A DNA stretch of 64,000 nucleotides from the human T2T-CHM13v2.0 reference genome, Homo sapiens: assembly GCF_009914755.1 (NCBI RefSeq), contig NC_060934.1; one strand, given 5' to 3'. The notes under the pieces are model-generated. The model did not search any database, was not told the origin of the DNA, and worked only from the letters and a program-made list of their open reading frames with translations. Shown in pieces: positions 8,503-23,880 of this stretch (position 1 is the stretch's first letter; every line of letters starts with the position of its first letter). The position numbers and the translations under genes were made by a program.

Positions 8503-9919
8503 TGAGACGAAGCGGGGGCCCCTCTTAGGGGCCTGTGGGCCCTCCATCCCAATCATGGAAATAAAGGGAAATCTTGAATTCTTTCAAGGGAAATTCTGGA
8601 CACCTAGCTAGGCCTGAGAAGTAGATGAGCAACTTCCTAAGCGAGAAGGTAATGAAGCTGCCTCATTGTCTGGGGTGACACCCAAGGTTTGTTGTCTCAT
8701 GGCTACAGAGATCAAGGACACAGACACACAAAGAGTGAGGTTAAGAACAGAAGTTTAATGGGTGAAAGAAAGCGAATAGCTCTCTGCTGGAGACTGGGGG
8801 GTCCCAGAAAAATGGATTGCCAATCTGCAGTGAAAGGCAGAGGATTTTATAGATGAGCTGGCAGGAGGTGGTGTCTGATCTACATAGGGCATGAAAAACT
8901 GGTTAGGACCAGGTGTGCCATTTGCATAGGGCATGAATCTCTGGCAGCCCCCACCCCAGGCTTTTATTATGCAGGCAGGTTTTCAGCCTGAGCTGCGCCA
9001 TGTTGCCCATTTCTTTCTTACTGTACACATGCTAACAAAAAAGGGAAGATGGAGCTCCCAGGGTAGACATGCCTGGCCCCTAGGTACCCCTTTTCTGTTG
9101 GCACAGCTGCTGGCATTCCCCCATGCAAGCTTCCAGCTTTTTTATCAATGTTTGCAGCTCAATCTTTCAGGCTCCTCTTTGTTAGAAAAGAAATGTTTTT
9201 GGGAGCTGCTCTTTGTTAGAAGGGAAGTTCTGCCGAGGACTCTTTTGCCCTATCTGACTAAATAATTTCTATCTCCTATATCAGTAATAGTATACTAAAA
9301 CAACAGTTAAGGAAGTTAGAGTTACTGGATGTCTGATTCCCTATAGGAACTAAAGATAACATATTAATATATGTCCCTGAGTTGTTCTTCAGAAACCTGG
9401 ACCCCCAGCAAATAGATCTGCCAGCACATAGACCTCAGATAAGGGGGAACTAAGGACTGAACTCCAACTGTCCTTCTTTGTTCTAAATTTCTTCCTGAGG
9501 GGCCTGGAGGAAGTCATGTCCACAAGCCAGAGCTCACATTCTTTTCTGATGCCTCCAATCTTTTAGACAAAGCTTCCTTTCCTTAACCAATTGCAAATTG
9601 AAAACCACCTATGACCTGTAAGCCCCCTGCTTCAAGATATCCTACTCTTTCAGGCCAAACCAATGTGTAACCTTAATGTATTGATTTACACTTTTGCCTC
9701 TCACTGATTTCCTGCTTTCCTGAAAATTTCCACTTCCTTTAAACATGCTTGTTTGCAAGCCATTGAGGAGATTGGGTCTGAAGTGTAAGCTGCCCTATTC
9801 TTGATTCTCCTTGCTTAGTGCTTTGCAAAGAAATGTCTCCTTTTCAAACTGCACCATCTCAATGTGGATGTTTGGCCTTATTACACCAGATAAGCAGAAC
9901 TCAGTTCGGTTTCTCAACA
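8503..9919 (+). mobile_element. ERV1 solo LTR (MER39-like), interrupted by a second LTR
   Basis: TG...CA ends, 4-bp TSD TTGT (8499-8502 / 9920-9923); CCCCTCTTAGGGGCCTG...TTCAAGGGAAATTC motif; family assigned from recall. Confidence 0.7.
8653..9283 (-). mobile_element. ERV1 (MER4-group) solo LTR nested in the MER39-like LTR
   Basis: TG...CA ends with exact 4-bp TSD GTAA (8649-8652 / 9284-9287); subfamily uncertain. Confidence 0.75.
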
Positions 9920-10986
9920 TTGTGATCTTGTAATTGGTCAGGAAATTGTACTCCGTATCTTCTCGATGCTAACAGTCTGGGGCTGGGGAAAGCTGCAAAG
10001 GAACGCAGGGAGTTACAAGTCCTCTCCAGGAGCTCATCGTCACAACCTCATTTACACAGTTGTTGCCCAAACACTCACCATTGTGTATGATCTTCTCAGG
10101 AAATATGGCTGAGAGGGGATGAGTAAAATACAGCTATGCTTTATGTCCTTCAGGAAAAAGCTAACATGCTGTATTTATTAGGGCTTAGTCATTGCAAATG
10201 ATAATGTTTGATTTACTACTCTTAAATTTCATTGACTCAGCCAGCATAGTTCCAAAGAACTTAGCAAGGATCTTGGTTGGAGACTCTACCACCCTCTCTT
10301 CATATTTAGTATGTAGAGGATTAGAAAAAATGACATAAGACACCCAAGACAGCAGCCAGAGCACTGCCTACTATTGATTACTTACAATCATTATTATTGT
10401 CCTCATTACTGTCATCAGCATATGCGCCCATCTCCTCCATTGGATTATGAGGCTCTAGGGGAAAAAAAACTGTGACGATTTATCTGTGTGTTCTCTCATA
10501 TGCTTTTTCCATGTGGTTCCCACAATAAGCCCCCATATTAAACATATTTTCTCATGAAATGTATCTCCTCATAGTAAATTGACTGTACTGTGTCATCAAG
10601 GCAAATGGCCTCACACTGTTTAGGAAATAGCCAACAACATCAACATTTAGGTATCTGATTGTTATAAGTGCATTTAACTGTGATTTATATGTCCTACAGC
10701 TTTATAGTTAAAATGGGAGGTCCTACAAACAGCCATACCCTGGGCTTTACTCTAAAAATTCTCAGCTACTTTTTCTCACTTCGCAAGTCATATTTCTCCT
10801 CCTTGTTCAGAATAGGGACTACAAAGCCAGACTGTCTCAGTGAAAGTCCTGGTTCTGCCTTGGTCAACTTATTTAACCTCTCTGTGTCTCTGTTTTCTTA
10901 TTGGTAAAATGAGAGAAATAATTATATCTACTTCCTCGGGCTATTGTGAAGATTAAATGTTGTGATGTATACAAAGTGCTAACACA

Positions 10987-11301
10987 GGCTGGGCTCAGTG
11001 GCTCATGCCTGTAATCTCAGAAATTTGGGAGGCTGAGGCAGGAAGATTGCTTGAGCCCAGGGGTTCGAGACCAGCCTGGGAAATATAGTGAAATTCCATC
11101 TGTATTAAAAAAAAAATATATATATATATATAAGAATTAGTTGGGCTTGGTGGCATATGCCTGTAGTCCCAGCTACTTGGGGGACTGAGGTGGGAGGATT
11201 GCTCGAGCCCAGGAGGTAGAGGCTACAGTAAGTCTACATTGCACCACTGCACTCCAGCCTGGGTTACAAAGTGAGACCTTGTCTCAAAAAAACAAACAAA
11301 A
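10987..11301 (+). mobile_element. AluJ-type with (TA)n in the middle linker, adjacent to a MIR
   Basis: Alu dimer with GATTGCTTGAGCCCAG J-type positions. Confidence 0.85.
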
Positions 11302-12019
11302 ACCACTCCCCTCCCATCTTAAAATTTTTTGAGATATGATTGATTTATTACCTGGACGTGTCTTAGCTTTTGTGTATATTTGTGATCTTCCATGTTAGGC
11401 TATATACATCCTATTTAACCAACGTTTGATGTCTGTTAAAGGCTTGTGGGTTTTAGCTGGAAAAAGTCACTGTCCTTCTGTAAAATGTTATTTGAAATAT
11501 ATCTGGACTTTGGTAGCACAGGTCATGCTTGAAAATGAAGATCTTTACGTCCTTTAGAATTAACTCTAAAAGGTGTTTTATAATGCTTGAAGTGCAAATG
11601 ATCTATCAAGACAGATAAAAATACATCGCACAGATAGATGGCATCTTTTGAGAATGTGTTACTTACTATAGCTGTCACCCAGCCTCATTTGCTATGGTCG
11701 ATGGGGACATTCTCTGAGTAGATACATAAATGAAACGGATCAAATGAGACATTTCACACTGAAAAAGTGTGTTGTAGTGAAATGAGAGTGGCCTGGAAGT
11801 CAGACTGGAATCCTCATCTTGACTGCTATTAAACGTTGTGTGATCTTGTGCAAGGCTTTTCACCTCTGTGGGGGGTTGTCTTCTTCATCCATAAAAGATG
11901 ATGATTTGATGAGACAGTTTGTGAAGTCTTTCTAGTTTTATGATGCGATCCTATTCAACATCATCATCAGCCTCAGAAATACCTGGATTTAATGAAACCA
12001 GGAAGGCAGGACAAACTGA

Positions 12020-12322
12020 TTTTTTTTGTGTGTGTGAGACAGATTTTTGTTCTGTTGCCCAGGCTGAAGCACAGTGATTCAATCATAGTGCACTGTAGCC
12101 TTGAGCTCCTGGTCTCATGAAAGCCTCCCACCTCAGCCTCCTGAGTAGCTGGGACTACAGGAGCATACCACCATGCCCAGCTAATTTAAAAAATTTTTTT
12201 GTAGAGATGAGTTCTCATTATTTTGCTCAGGCTGGTCTCAAACTCCTGGCCTCAAGTTATCCTCCCACCACCTCAGCTTCCCAAAGCATTGGAATTACAG
12301 GCATGCGCCACTGTGCCCAGCC
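12020..12322 (-). mobile_element. AluJ-type
   Basis: Antisense Alu dimer. Confidence 0.85.
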
Positions 12323-12840
12323 TGATTTTTTATTAGTTGATAATGTGTTCGGGGTTTATTTTTCTCTTTCTGTCTCTAACTGACTTATCTAATGTAATAA
12401 AAAAAACCTTCTGTGGTGCCTTCTATTGGTCTCATGAATTCAAGATCAGATATATTAGAAGAGATATTTTTAAGTCAAATGAACATGTTTTTCATTACTT
12501 ACTTCTAATGGATTATTTTAAAGCCCGTCTTCTGGCTCTGCACATTAATAGGTCACAACAACTGAGCGGACCTTGTTTAGTTTCCTGGTGCTGTAGGTTT
12601 CTGTTTTTGAGATAAGACGGAGCATTCTCATTCTGAGATGAACATTTCATTCATAACTTACTTATTTACATCTGTAAATGGTAATGGTACTGACATTTGA
12701 TAAAGTTGCAAGGACTAAAACGCCCAGTTCTCAACAAATTCAATGTAAGTAGCAAAGTATTGGCTTTTATTGCTTAATGCTCTGCCCCCATTTAAGTAGA
12801 TAACAGTAGTTTTTGTGAGATCCCTGGAGAAGAAGGGCAC

Positions 12841-13245
12841 TGTATTAGTCTGCTCTCACATTGCCATAAAGAAATACCCAAGACTGGATGATTTATAAAG
12901 AAAAGCGGTTTAATTGGCTCACAGTTCTGCAGGTTATACAGGAAGCATTCCTGGGAAGGCCTCAGGGAACTTACAGTCATGGCTGAAGGCAAATTGGGAG
13001 CAGGTATATCTTGCATGGCAGAAGCAGGAGCAAGGGGTTGGGGGAAGACGGTACACACTTTTAAACAACCAGATCTCCCAAGAAGTCACTCACTAACACA
13101 AGAACAGCACCAAGGGGATGGTGGTAAACCATTCATGAGAAATCCACCGCCATGATCCGGTCACCGCCCACCAGGCCCCACCTCCAACATTAGGGATTAC
13201 AATCGACATGGGATTTGGGCAGGGACACAGATGCAAACCAGATTA
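12841..13245 (-). mobile_element. MaLR solo LTR (MST-type)
   Basis: TGTATTAGTC...AATTGGCTCACAGTTCTGCAGG; 5-bp TSD ggcac/ggcaa. Confidence 0.85.
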
Positions 13246-13499
13246 GGCAACTTCAACATTTCTCTGTTATCCTCTATGTATCCTCCACATATGTAGACAC
13301 TGTGAAGGGATAGCTTCTTACTTCAGCTCTTTAAAAATGGTACATACTTTCCTTCTGGTTAGAAAACTATTTTAAATAATATTTGTTTCTGATTATAAAA
13401 TAATACCTGGTTACTATAGAAACTTTAAAAAGTATTTGTAAGTAATAAGAAGTACCAAAATTACTTGGAACCCCACCAATTAGAGATGACTAGCATTAA

Positions 13500-14366
<867 letters not shown>

Positions 14367-14384
14367 TGATGTCTTTATTAATGG

Positions 14385-15079
14385 CGTAGGGTCCAAACAG
14401 ATATGATACCTTTTCTCACCACATCATAAGGGTCATGGCTGACACTTCTGTAACAAAAGACAGGTTAACAGGAGAAAAGCATAACAAGCTTATTTAATCA
14501 AAGTTTTACATGGCATGGGAGACTTCAGAAACGAAGACCCAAAGACCCAAAAGAAAACTGTCCATGTGTATGCTTAGATTCAATGAAGAGTGAACAGCTG
14601 TGTAGAAATTATGATTGGATGCAAAGAGAATGATCTAATAGTAATAGACTCAGTAGGAAAACCCAAGAAGTCCTGTCTGTTTACATTCTTCTTGGGCTCT
14701 CTGTGTAGTGTTCCTTCTTCTGGGGTATAGAGCAGGACCCCTCTGTAATGAGGGTCTTATGATCTACTTTCAGACAAGGTAGGTCAGAGAACTTCTTTAT
14801 GGCCAGCTCATACATAGTAAGGCAGGGGAAAGTTAGAGAAATATTTCTAGGTTTTATGGCTCACTTTGGGGAAAAGGGGTTATGGTTTCCATGACTTGCC
14901 TTGAGGAAGAAGGATTCCAGTTTCTATGGCCTACCTTGGAGGAGGAAAAGAAGCAGGAGAAAGAAGGGAAAAGATCAGAAAGAGACTTTGCTTCTGAGTC
15001 TGTTCCATTGTCCTTCAGGTTAAAGTATGCAGCATGCCAAAGTGTCATATTTTGGGATACTGTCTTCTGAGCACTAACA
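14385..15079 (-). mobile_element. ERV1 solo LTR (MER34-like)
   Basis: Minus start TGTTAGTGCTCAGAAGAC...CCCAAAATATGACACTTTGGCATG; near-TSD atgg/gtgg. Confidence 0.6.
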
Positions 15080-17349
15080 GTGGCATAATATTCCATGATA
15101 AGAATTTATTATAATTCATTTAATTAGCCTTCCATTATTAAATACTTAGGTTATTTCTATTTTTGTGTTTATAAAGAAAACCATGGTGTGTATATCATTG
15201 TGCATAAATTATTGTACACATCTGTGATGATATCCTTAGAGTAATTTCATATCAATGGAGTTGCCAGGTCAAAGGATGATTTTCCTGCCCTCCAGCAGCT
15301 ACTTGGGAGGGACCTGTTTTATTGCATGCTCACCAGTACTTCAAGTTATCATTTAAAAAATATCTGTCAATTTGATGAGAGGAAAACGATCATTTACTTT
15401 TATGTGATTTTACTAGCATAGTAATTTTTATCATGTGTGCATGGGCCTTTTTGTTCCTTTGATATGTGAATCATCTATGTGGGTCCATTTTGTGTTCACA
15501 GCAAAACTAATAAAGAACCTCAGAGTACCCATGGGTTGCCACATGTAGTAGTCATTGTGTAAGTGCTAAGTTCTGGCTCCATGAGAAAGTTCCAGTCTTG
15601 AGAAATTCCTACAGCAAACTCACATCACCAGCCTCGCAAAGGACAATATATGCAACCAGGCAGTGGATATGTTTCCTAGCTGCTGAGACACGTTGTTTGT
15701 TGTTCTTGATATCGAAAAATTTCAGTGTTGTATTTAAATGCAAAACTAGAAAGTCAACTTTAAAAAAATGTTGAGCTCTTTGACCCTGGTCATCTATTTT
15801 GGTAACACAATTTCTTTAAAAAACTTCTTGAATGTCAAAGCCTGCATAGTATTTAGGACCTTTTCCAGTGTGGCATGAAATTGTGGGAGACACTCTGACA
15901 TTTCAATGATAGGTACTACATGACAGGCACTAAGTAAGAGACAGGCGTTCGAGGAAATCCAAGAAAATACCACAGGGATCAGGTGCCTCCAGACTTTGGT
16001 ATTTCAGACAATATCAAACACAGGACTTTCAACTTCCCAATTTCACAGTAATAGGGTTGTTTGATTTTAAAAAACAATTCAGTTTGCCTTTTCAGCTCAA
16101 GCAGCTGGCTCAACCATTTACCTTAGTGAGCAAACTTTTGTTCGATTCATTCACAAAGTTATCCTACAGGGTCATCTCTCTTTCCTTTCAACTAGATAAC
16201 ACCTCTACTTTTTTTTTTAAATCAAATTCTTTTGAAATGCACCTGTGTTGCTTTTCAGATTCAAGTTTTTTTTTTTTTTTTTTTCAAATATGTATAGCAC
16301 AGGCCTCAATTTAATGTTCTGAATCACTTAGGGACATTGCATTTTGAGGTAAGAGGACTTCTTATTTTACTTAATTATTAAACCAAAACACTCAAAGAGA
16401 AGATTACGCTGCTGGATAAAGTTCATGTTGCAGCTACATTATGTGGTCAACGAAGAAATGTTCCATAGTGCCCCATGGCTTTGCCTGGGTCTTGATCTGT
16501 TCCTTTTGGTTCTTGATGGATTCCCTACCGGGGGAAGAGGCAGTCCTTGAATGTGAGTAAATATAATATAGAGAAATGGTAGAAGGAGAAAGAGATTCAG
16601 GATAAAAAGCAACTGCAGTGAATAGCAGGAAGACAGGCATGGTGGTGTTCACTGGGAATGCCTGGGTCCACATTCTGCCCTCCTTGAAACATCAGTGGCA
16701 TCCAGAGATGTGTGAGTCCAAGGGAATGGAACACACTTTCCATATGGCAGTGGATCCACTAATTGGAAAGATATCAGACTTCCAGCACTTGTCAACTGCT
16801 TGCATATTTCACCCTACATCTACAAACTAAAGACATGCTTCTTGGTACAGCAGCCCTAACTGACGTTCCTGAGGAAAAATATACATGGGTATCAATAAAA
16901 AATCGTTCAAAACACCTGTTAGGTTGTTTCCTATACTTTAATCTATTGCCAAAGCCAACATTTTGACTTATTAAGTTTCATTTTAAGTATATGACTAAAT
17001 TCTGCAATGTTATGATCTTAATGAACTAATTTCTTAAAAGAGCATAACTGTTCAACAAAAAAAGGAAGCAGGCAAGAATGATTTTCTTGATTTATTTTTC
17101 ATTTAAAACTGTCAAGCCATGGTCAGTATCACTTTTGTTCTTTATTTCTTTAATTTAAACCATGTCTAGATGTTTTCTTTCAGTTTTACCCTAGTTTATC
17201 TATCACAGATTTGCCATTGGCATTTTTTCCTTTGTTTGAATAACTTCCCTGTGTTAATCTGTCTAGACATAATCTACATTTATATGAAGTAAATTGACAT
17301 TTCTCTTAAATCACCTTCTAGTTTCTTTCTACTATGCTTTCGAAGATAT

Positions 17350-17663
17350 TTTCTTTCTTTCTTTTCTTTTTTATTTGTTTAGATGGAGTCTCACTTTGTC
17401 GCCCAGGCTGGAATGCCGTGGCACGATCTCGGCTCACTTGCAACTTCTGTCTCCCAGATTCAAGTGATTCTCCTGCCTCAGCCTTCCCAGTAGCTGGGAT
17501 TACAGACGTGCACCACCACACTGGCTAATTTTTGTATTTTTAGTAGAGAGATGAGGTTTCACCATGTTGGCCAGGCTGGTCTCAAACTCTTGACCTCAGG
17601 TGATCCACCCACCTCGGCCTCTCAAAGTGCTGGGATTACAGGTGTGAGCCACCGCACCTGGCC
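17350..17663 (-). mobile_element. AluS-type
   Basis: Antisense Alu dimer. Confidence 0.9.
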
Positions 17664-18670
17664 TTCATTCTACTTTTATGCATTACTTAATTATTACTTA
17701 TTTTGCCTATGCTATAATCAGAGGCTAGAACTGATCATAAAACATCATTATTCACTAGTCTTTGTCCTTAAGAGAGGGTACTACTTTATAAGTCTGGTCT
17801 GAGTCTCATTTAATCTTTCCTAACCTTCCTTTAAAGAGTAACTCATATTCGCATGTTTGGAAAATTAATTTTATAAGAAAATATCTTCTTACTCTAGTCT
17901 ATATATTTTTGCCATGCTATATGTCATTATTTCCAAGTTCCATGATTCATCTTGTTACTATGATTAGAAGTCTCTGCCTTTTTTATTTTGGACACCTCCA
18001 TTCTCTGCTTAGATCACAAATTCACCTTGCTCTCCCAGGGTGCTTCTTTCTTTCTCCTGTTACCAAGGTCAGCTCTCTGCTCCTTTCGCTGGGCAACATA
18101 GGAAAGATTGGACCAGAGATCAGGTAACTGGCCTGATGAAAGAGAAGCCAGAGTGGATCAGAGCTTATTTTGCTTTTGCGATTTTGTTTTACTTAGCTGT
18201 TCATATAAATGCTTTGACTCATGCTGAAATTGCTGTTCTTCAGTTTGCAATTTGAGTTTATGTGTGTGTATTCCTAATATTGTATTCTGAATAAAGCTGT
18301 TTCTGATGATGTGGGTCTTGATACTTGATATCAGCATAATAAAGCATAATTACATTCACCTGTAACAAAATATGGGTTTACAATAAACATCAATGCCGTA
18401 ACAGGCCAGCAGCAGTGTGTGAATTGGATGTTTTCAGAATCAACTCTCAGTTATCAGTCATGTATTATATAAGGCATAAAAACAATAGGATTAATTAAAC
18501 AAGCAGGCATTCTGCTTATGTGGCTAACAGTAAGCAGTAGTATGCCAGTTTATTGACATGACAGCCATCTGTTTATCCTTTAGTGCATTTCACCTTAAAG
18601 GAAGAGTTACACAAATTAAACAATTGCAATAAACTACCAATAAAAGTTACACTAGTCTATCCCCACATGA

Positions 18671-18996
<326 letters not shown>

Positions 18997-19696
18997 TCTG
19001 TGTGTAATTTTTAGAAGTCTATTTAAATTCCTCAAATTGGATTAATTTTTACAGACTGCTCCTGTTTTCTGGTCCAGCATCTGATCTTTATATCAACAAC
19101 TTACTGTTTGATCTCAAGTTTCCTTCGTCCTGTTGATAACAAGCGTGATATCAATGTAACTCCAGAAACACCTGGATGTTTACCACCTGTTTGGTTCTTT
19201 TCCATTTGTTTTCAAATCAAGTCTTGGCACCAGATATTGTGAGGTTGTGTCTATCACAGAACAGATCCTGACAAACAGTCTGTGAAAAATAGACAGCAGC
19301 TGGCTGGCTGAGAAGGGAAAGCTGTCTCATTGCCAATTGCCACACCAGTCAGATAAGCAAGTATTCAGTAAGTGCTTGCTCAATACTTGCAATCTGAAAC
19401 ATTTAAAATGTGACACCTGTGCTTCCAATTTTCCTGGGATTTTGTGTGATTTTCGCGGCTGGTGGAGTTACTGGTCCTCCCAGCCTCTGGAGGTAGCCTA
19501 AGGTGACCGGTGACAGCACTAGGGTTGTGTTTCAATGTCCCAGTCCTCTCCACTCACTCTAAGTAAACCATTGTTATCCTAATAACCCCTACTCACCAAT
19601 CTGAAGTCTTACAAACCCAAACTAAGTGAATTCATGTGTCATTTCTAGGAAAAGAAATGCCTCTTATTCATGTTCTTAAAGAAATGTCTGGTTCCT

Positions 19697-20160
19697 GGCT
19701 CACACCTGTAATCCCAGCACTTTGGGAGGCTGAGGCGGGCAGATCACCTGAGGTCAGGAGTTTGAGACCAGCCTGGCCAACATGGTGAAACCCTGTCTCT
19801 AATAAAAATATGAAAATTAGCAGGCGTGGTGGTGGGCACCTGTAATCCCAGCTACGTGGGATGCTGAGACAGGAGAATTGCTTGAAACTGGCAGGCAGAG
19901 ATTGCAGTGAGCCAGTGAGCCGAGATCACACCATTGCTCTCCAGCCTGGGTGAACAGAGTGAAACTTGGTGAAAAGAAAGAAAGGAAAGAAGGAAGGGAG
20001 GGAGGGAAGGAAGGAAGGAAGAGAAAGAAAGGAAGGAAGAAAAAGAAAGAAGGGAGGAAGGAAGGAAAGAGAGAGAGAAAGAAGAAAGAAAGAAAGAAAA
20101 GAGAAAAAAGAAAAGGAAGGAAGAAGAAAGAAAGAAAGAAAAAGAAAAGAAAGAAAGAAA
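19697..20160 (+). mobile_element. AluS-type whose tail is expanded into a ~190-bp GA-rich tract
   Basis: Alu body 19697-19970, then pure A/G to 20160; TSD aaagaaatgtc/aaagaaacgtc encloses both. Confidence 0.88.
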
Positions 20161-21654
20161 CGTCCTTGCTGCTTGGTGAAGGAGTGGTCAGCAGTGACCC
20201 CTAAACCCTTTCACCACTTCTGCTGCCTGGCTTCTTCAGAGCAGGGCGAGTTCATGGGACCATCAGATATTTTCTAGGTAAAAGGAAGATCTTGACAGTG
20301 CAATTTCTGACTTATTCCTGGGTAAGAGAAAATGGCTTTGCAGCCTCGAATCACTTCACTAGGCTGTTGTCTACACACCTGTCTATCAAGTTGGCCTTTT
20401 AAACGTGACTTTACTTCTCTTTTTGGCTGTATTGATTTCTGAAGCCCTCCCAGAGAACACCTACAGGTCTCCCTAAGTCAAACTCAAATTATTCGATATT
20501 AAAGTGGGACTAAGCCATGCAGCACAGAGTCTCTGTTCTTTTTGAAACAGTAGCACTCTCTGGAAGAAAAGGCTGGTGGCTATTAAATAGCAAATTATAG
20601 GAGCAGGAGGAGCCTCCTTTCATATATGGATTGTGTTGAGTCTATGTCTGCACTGCTGCCTGCACCAGGCCACCACATTGCTCAAGCACCAGGAGTTCTA
20701 CAGCAAATAGCTTGCATTTTTGTTGGTACTTTAAGGAAGATAGACCATCTCCTGATGCCTCCCACCTATACCATTAAAAATAAAGACAATTTATTGAGGG
20801 GAGGGCAGCTTTTTGAAAACACCTTCAGGCTGCATGAATAAGTTATAGCTAATAAAATTGCATATTCTCAGACTCCACCCCAGAGACTGATTCATTCATG
20901 TAGAGTGGGGTGCAGGAATCTGCATTTAGGAGGTACCAGGTGGTGCTTATGATGGCAGAATTAGAGCCTCGCTTTGAGAAACACAAATAAAGCTTAAAGT
21001 TCTATGTGCAGCATGCTAAAAACATACTTTACATTTTAAGGAGAAATAGCTACTTAAATAATGCCCAGGTAGAGACTTCATGGGTTTAAGGTAACAGACA
21101 TAGGGAGAAATATATTCACCTGCCTCAATTTCATTGCTTCACAAAAAGATTTTTATTTCTAATCAAATACCACCTTATCCCTAGGAGATTTGAGGCAATG
21201 GGCTTGGCCCTCTCGCCAATGAATGAATATTTGGGAAACCATAAATAGTTTGCTGTGAGTAAGGCAGAGAGTTGGGGGAGGGTCAGAATATGCTGGGGTG
21301 AACCCAGGGAACAGCTCTGGAAGAGCAATTTTTGCCTTCCAGAGGAACTTACATTTTTATTTAAAAAGAAAAGAAACTATCAAATCTGTGTTTTAGCAAG
21401 ATCTCTTTGATCAAAGTGTGGAAGATGGATTCAATAATTTCCCCATTTTATAGATGAAGACCTGAGACTCGAAGGTTAAGGAATTTGCCCAGGTTCACAA
21501 AGTACATGAATTAGTAAGATTCAAACTTGGGAAGTTTGCCTCTAGAGTCAGCCTTCATCAGCAGGCTCTAGTCCTATAGAATTAAAACACTTTTCCTGGC
21601 CAATTGTCTTTGATTCATTGTATACTTTAAATACAGTAGGTATGCATTTAATTC

Positions 21655-21972
21655 CCTTTTTTTCTTTCTTTTTTTTTTTTTTTTTTTTTTGAGATGGAAT
21701 CCCACTCTTGTCCCCCAGGCTGGAGTTCAATGGTGTGATCTCGGCTTACTGCAACCTCTGCCTCTCGGGTTCAAGCAATTCTCCTGTCCAGCCTCCCAAG
21801 TAGCTGGGATTACAGGAGCCCATCACCATGCCCAGCTGATTTTTGTGTTTTTAGAAGAGACAGGGTTTCACCACGTTGACCAAGCTGGTCTTGAATTCCT
21901 GACCTCAAGTGATCTGCCCGCATCAGCCTCCCAAAGTGCTAGGATTACAGGCATGAGCCACCACGCCCGGCC
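21655..21972 (-). mobile_element. AluS-type
   Basis: Antisense Alu dimer with long T tract. Confidence 0.9.
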
Positions 21973-23542
21973 TAATAATTTTTTTTCCCAAAGGGAAAAG
22001 ATTCACAAAAAATATTTCATGCGAAATCCCCCTCACTCAGCTGGCATTTCCTTCTCCTCCTGAGAAGCTGAAATTAGCTCCTGAGTGTTTTCCATACAAG
22101 CGCTGCACCAGGTATGTGTGGGGCATTCCAACAGACTTTGGGGGTGCAGCTGGGCAGCTGAGATCTTCATGAGGTGCCGGTTCCATGGGAAGATTGTCTG
22201 TTAACAAGGAATGATGGCAGTATTGATAAATGATGCTATGAAAAGGCATAAGAGGAGACTGACTCTGACTGGGTGGGACACCTGTCCTGAGGCAATGAAT
22301 GGTAAGGGGGAAAGAGGCACAGAGGCTGGGGGAGAACATTCTAGACAGAATAGGAACAGAAAGATAGAAAGATAGAACATACTGATTTGTCTGATTAAAA
22401 CCAAGTGTTAGAGTAATTCTTGGAACCCATTCTCTGTTTCTCAGTATCTGATTTCCAAATAATTCTACCATTAGAGATAAATAAGTACCTGAGGTCTTAT
22501 TTGAATGTCTTTGGCCTCAATTGAAATTCATTTTATTTTGTCTGGCCTTGAAAATGATGAAGTTTCCATGTGCAATGAGCTACGTGCTTCTGTGGTTTTG
22601 AAAGGGTCCCAGTGTAGCTATGCAGCAGTGCTGCATAGATCCTGGAGGTTTCTATAAGGTTTTATCCAAGGCAATTCTGCTTATATGAATCTACACACTT
22701 GAAGAAAAAAGGGAAAATTGAGCTAATTTTACATCTATTTAAGACACCCTTTTATTTTTTCTTCTTCAATGATTTTTAAAATATCAAGTAATATAAATAT
22801 TTATGAATTCACTGTTAGGCATCAGAAGCCTGAAAGTTAGATGCCTGAAAAAAATTAAACCGAAAAAACCATGATTTCTAACTATGTTTTACAAGCAATA
22901 TAATGAAGGTGGATCGTTTAAGTTTTCCTCAAATTCAAAACTGCTTTCCTTGGATCCTTTTTGAGAAGTAATTTTGCCCTAGGAATAAATCTCGTGTCAT
23001 TGCCCATACAGAACATCTAAGTTTTTACCCTTTTACAAGAACTCTCTGTGATGCATGTACAATAGATATCGTTTCTCCCAACTTAGAGATGATAAAACGG
23101 AGAAAGTGTATTGAACTGACTTGCCTACATTTTTATGTTTAGTTCAATGAAGGGCCAGCCTGGGGTGGGGGTGGGTGGCCTGATTTCCTGAGATGCCAAG
23201 ACTCTCTTCCACAGTGTAGTCACATCTAATGGCAAATAAACATACATAGATTGAAAGAAGACGTTCTTAATGTAATTATTTCCTTTGGTTTCTTTTATTT
23301 GACATTTACAGATGACTTAATATGTCAGAATCAAAACACGATCTCCTACCGAGAATAAAGAAAATAAAAATATCTTTTTCCCCACAGTTGTGTCTGGCTA
23401 GTAGTTGATCCTCAAAAGTATTTACTAAAAATGAACAAATAAATGATGGGACAAAAGAGCAAGGCTGAATTCCATGCATAGTTTCCATTTTCTGAAACAC
23501 ATGGACTGTGTATTAGAAGGGAGTTTTACTTCCAAGAGTTCT

Positions 23543-23880
23543 GTTTTTTGTTTTGTTTTGTTTTGTTTTGTTTTGTTTGTTTGTTTGTTTGTTTTGAGAC
23601 AGGGTCTTGCTCTGTTGCCCAGGCTGAAGTACAGTGGTGTGATCATAGCTCACTGCAGCCTCAACTCTTGAGCTCAAGCAATCCTCCTGCCACAGCCTTC
23701 CAAGTAACTGGGATTACAGATGCACACTTGTAATTTAATTTTTTTTTTTTTTTTTTTTTGGTAGAGGCAGAGTCTACTATGTTGCCCAGGCTGGTCTTGA
23801 ATTCCGGGGCTCAAGTAATCCTTCTGGCTTGGCCTTCCAAAGTGCTGAGATTACAGGTATGAGCAACTATGCCTCGCACT
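23543..23880 (-). mobile_element. AluJ-type
   Basis: Antisense Alu with (TTTTG)n tail. Confidence 0.85.

Noticed and set aside
8500-9919. 8-bp terminal inverted repeat TGTTGAGA...TCTCAACA suggesting a DNA transposon
   Set aside because: Better explained as an LTR starting at 8503 with a 4-bp TSD TTGT
19950-20277. Lys/Arg/Glu-rich ORFs
   Set aside because: Produced by the GA-rich simple repeat; the same applies to 24205-24513
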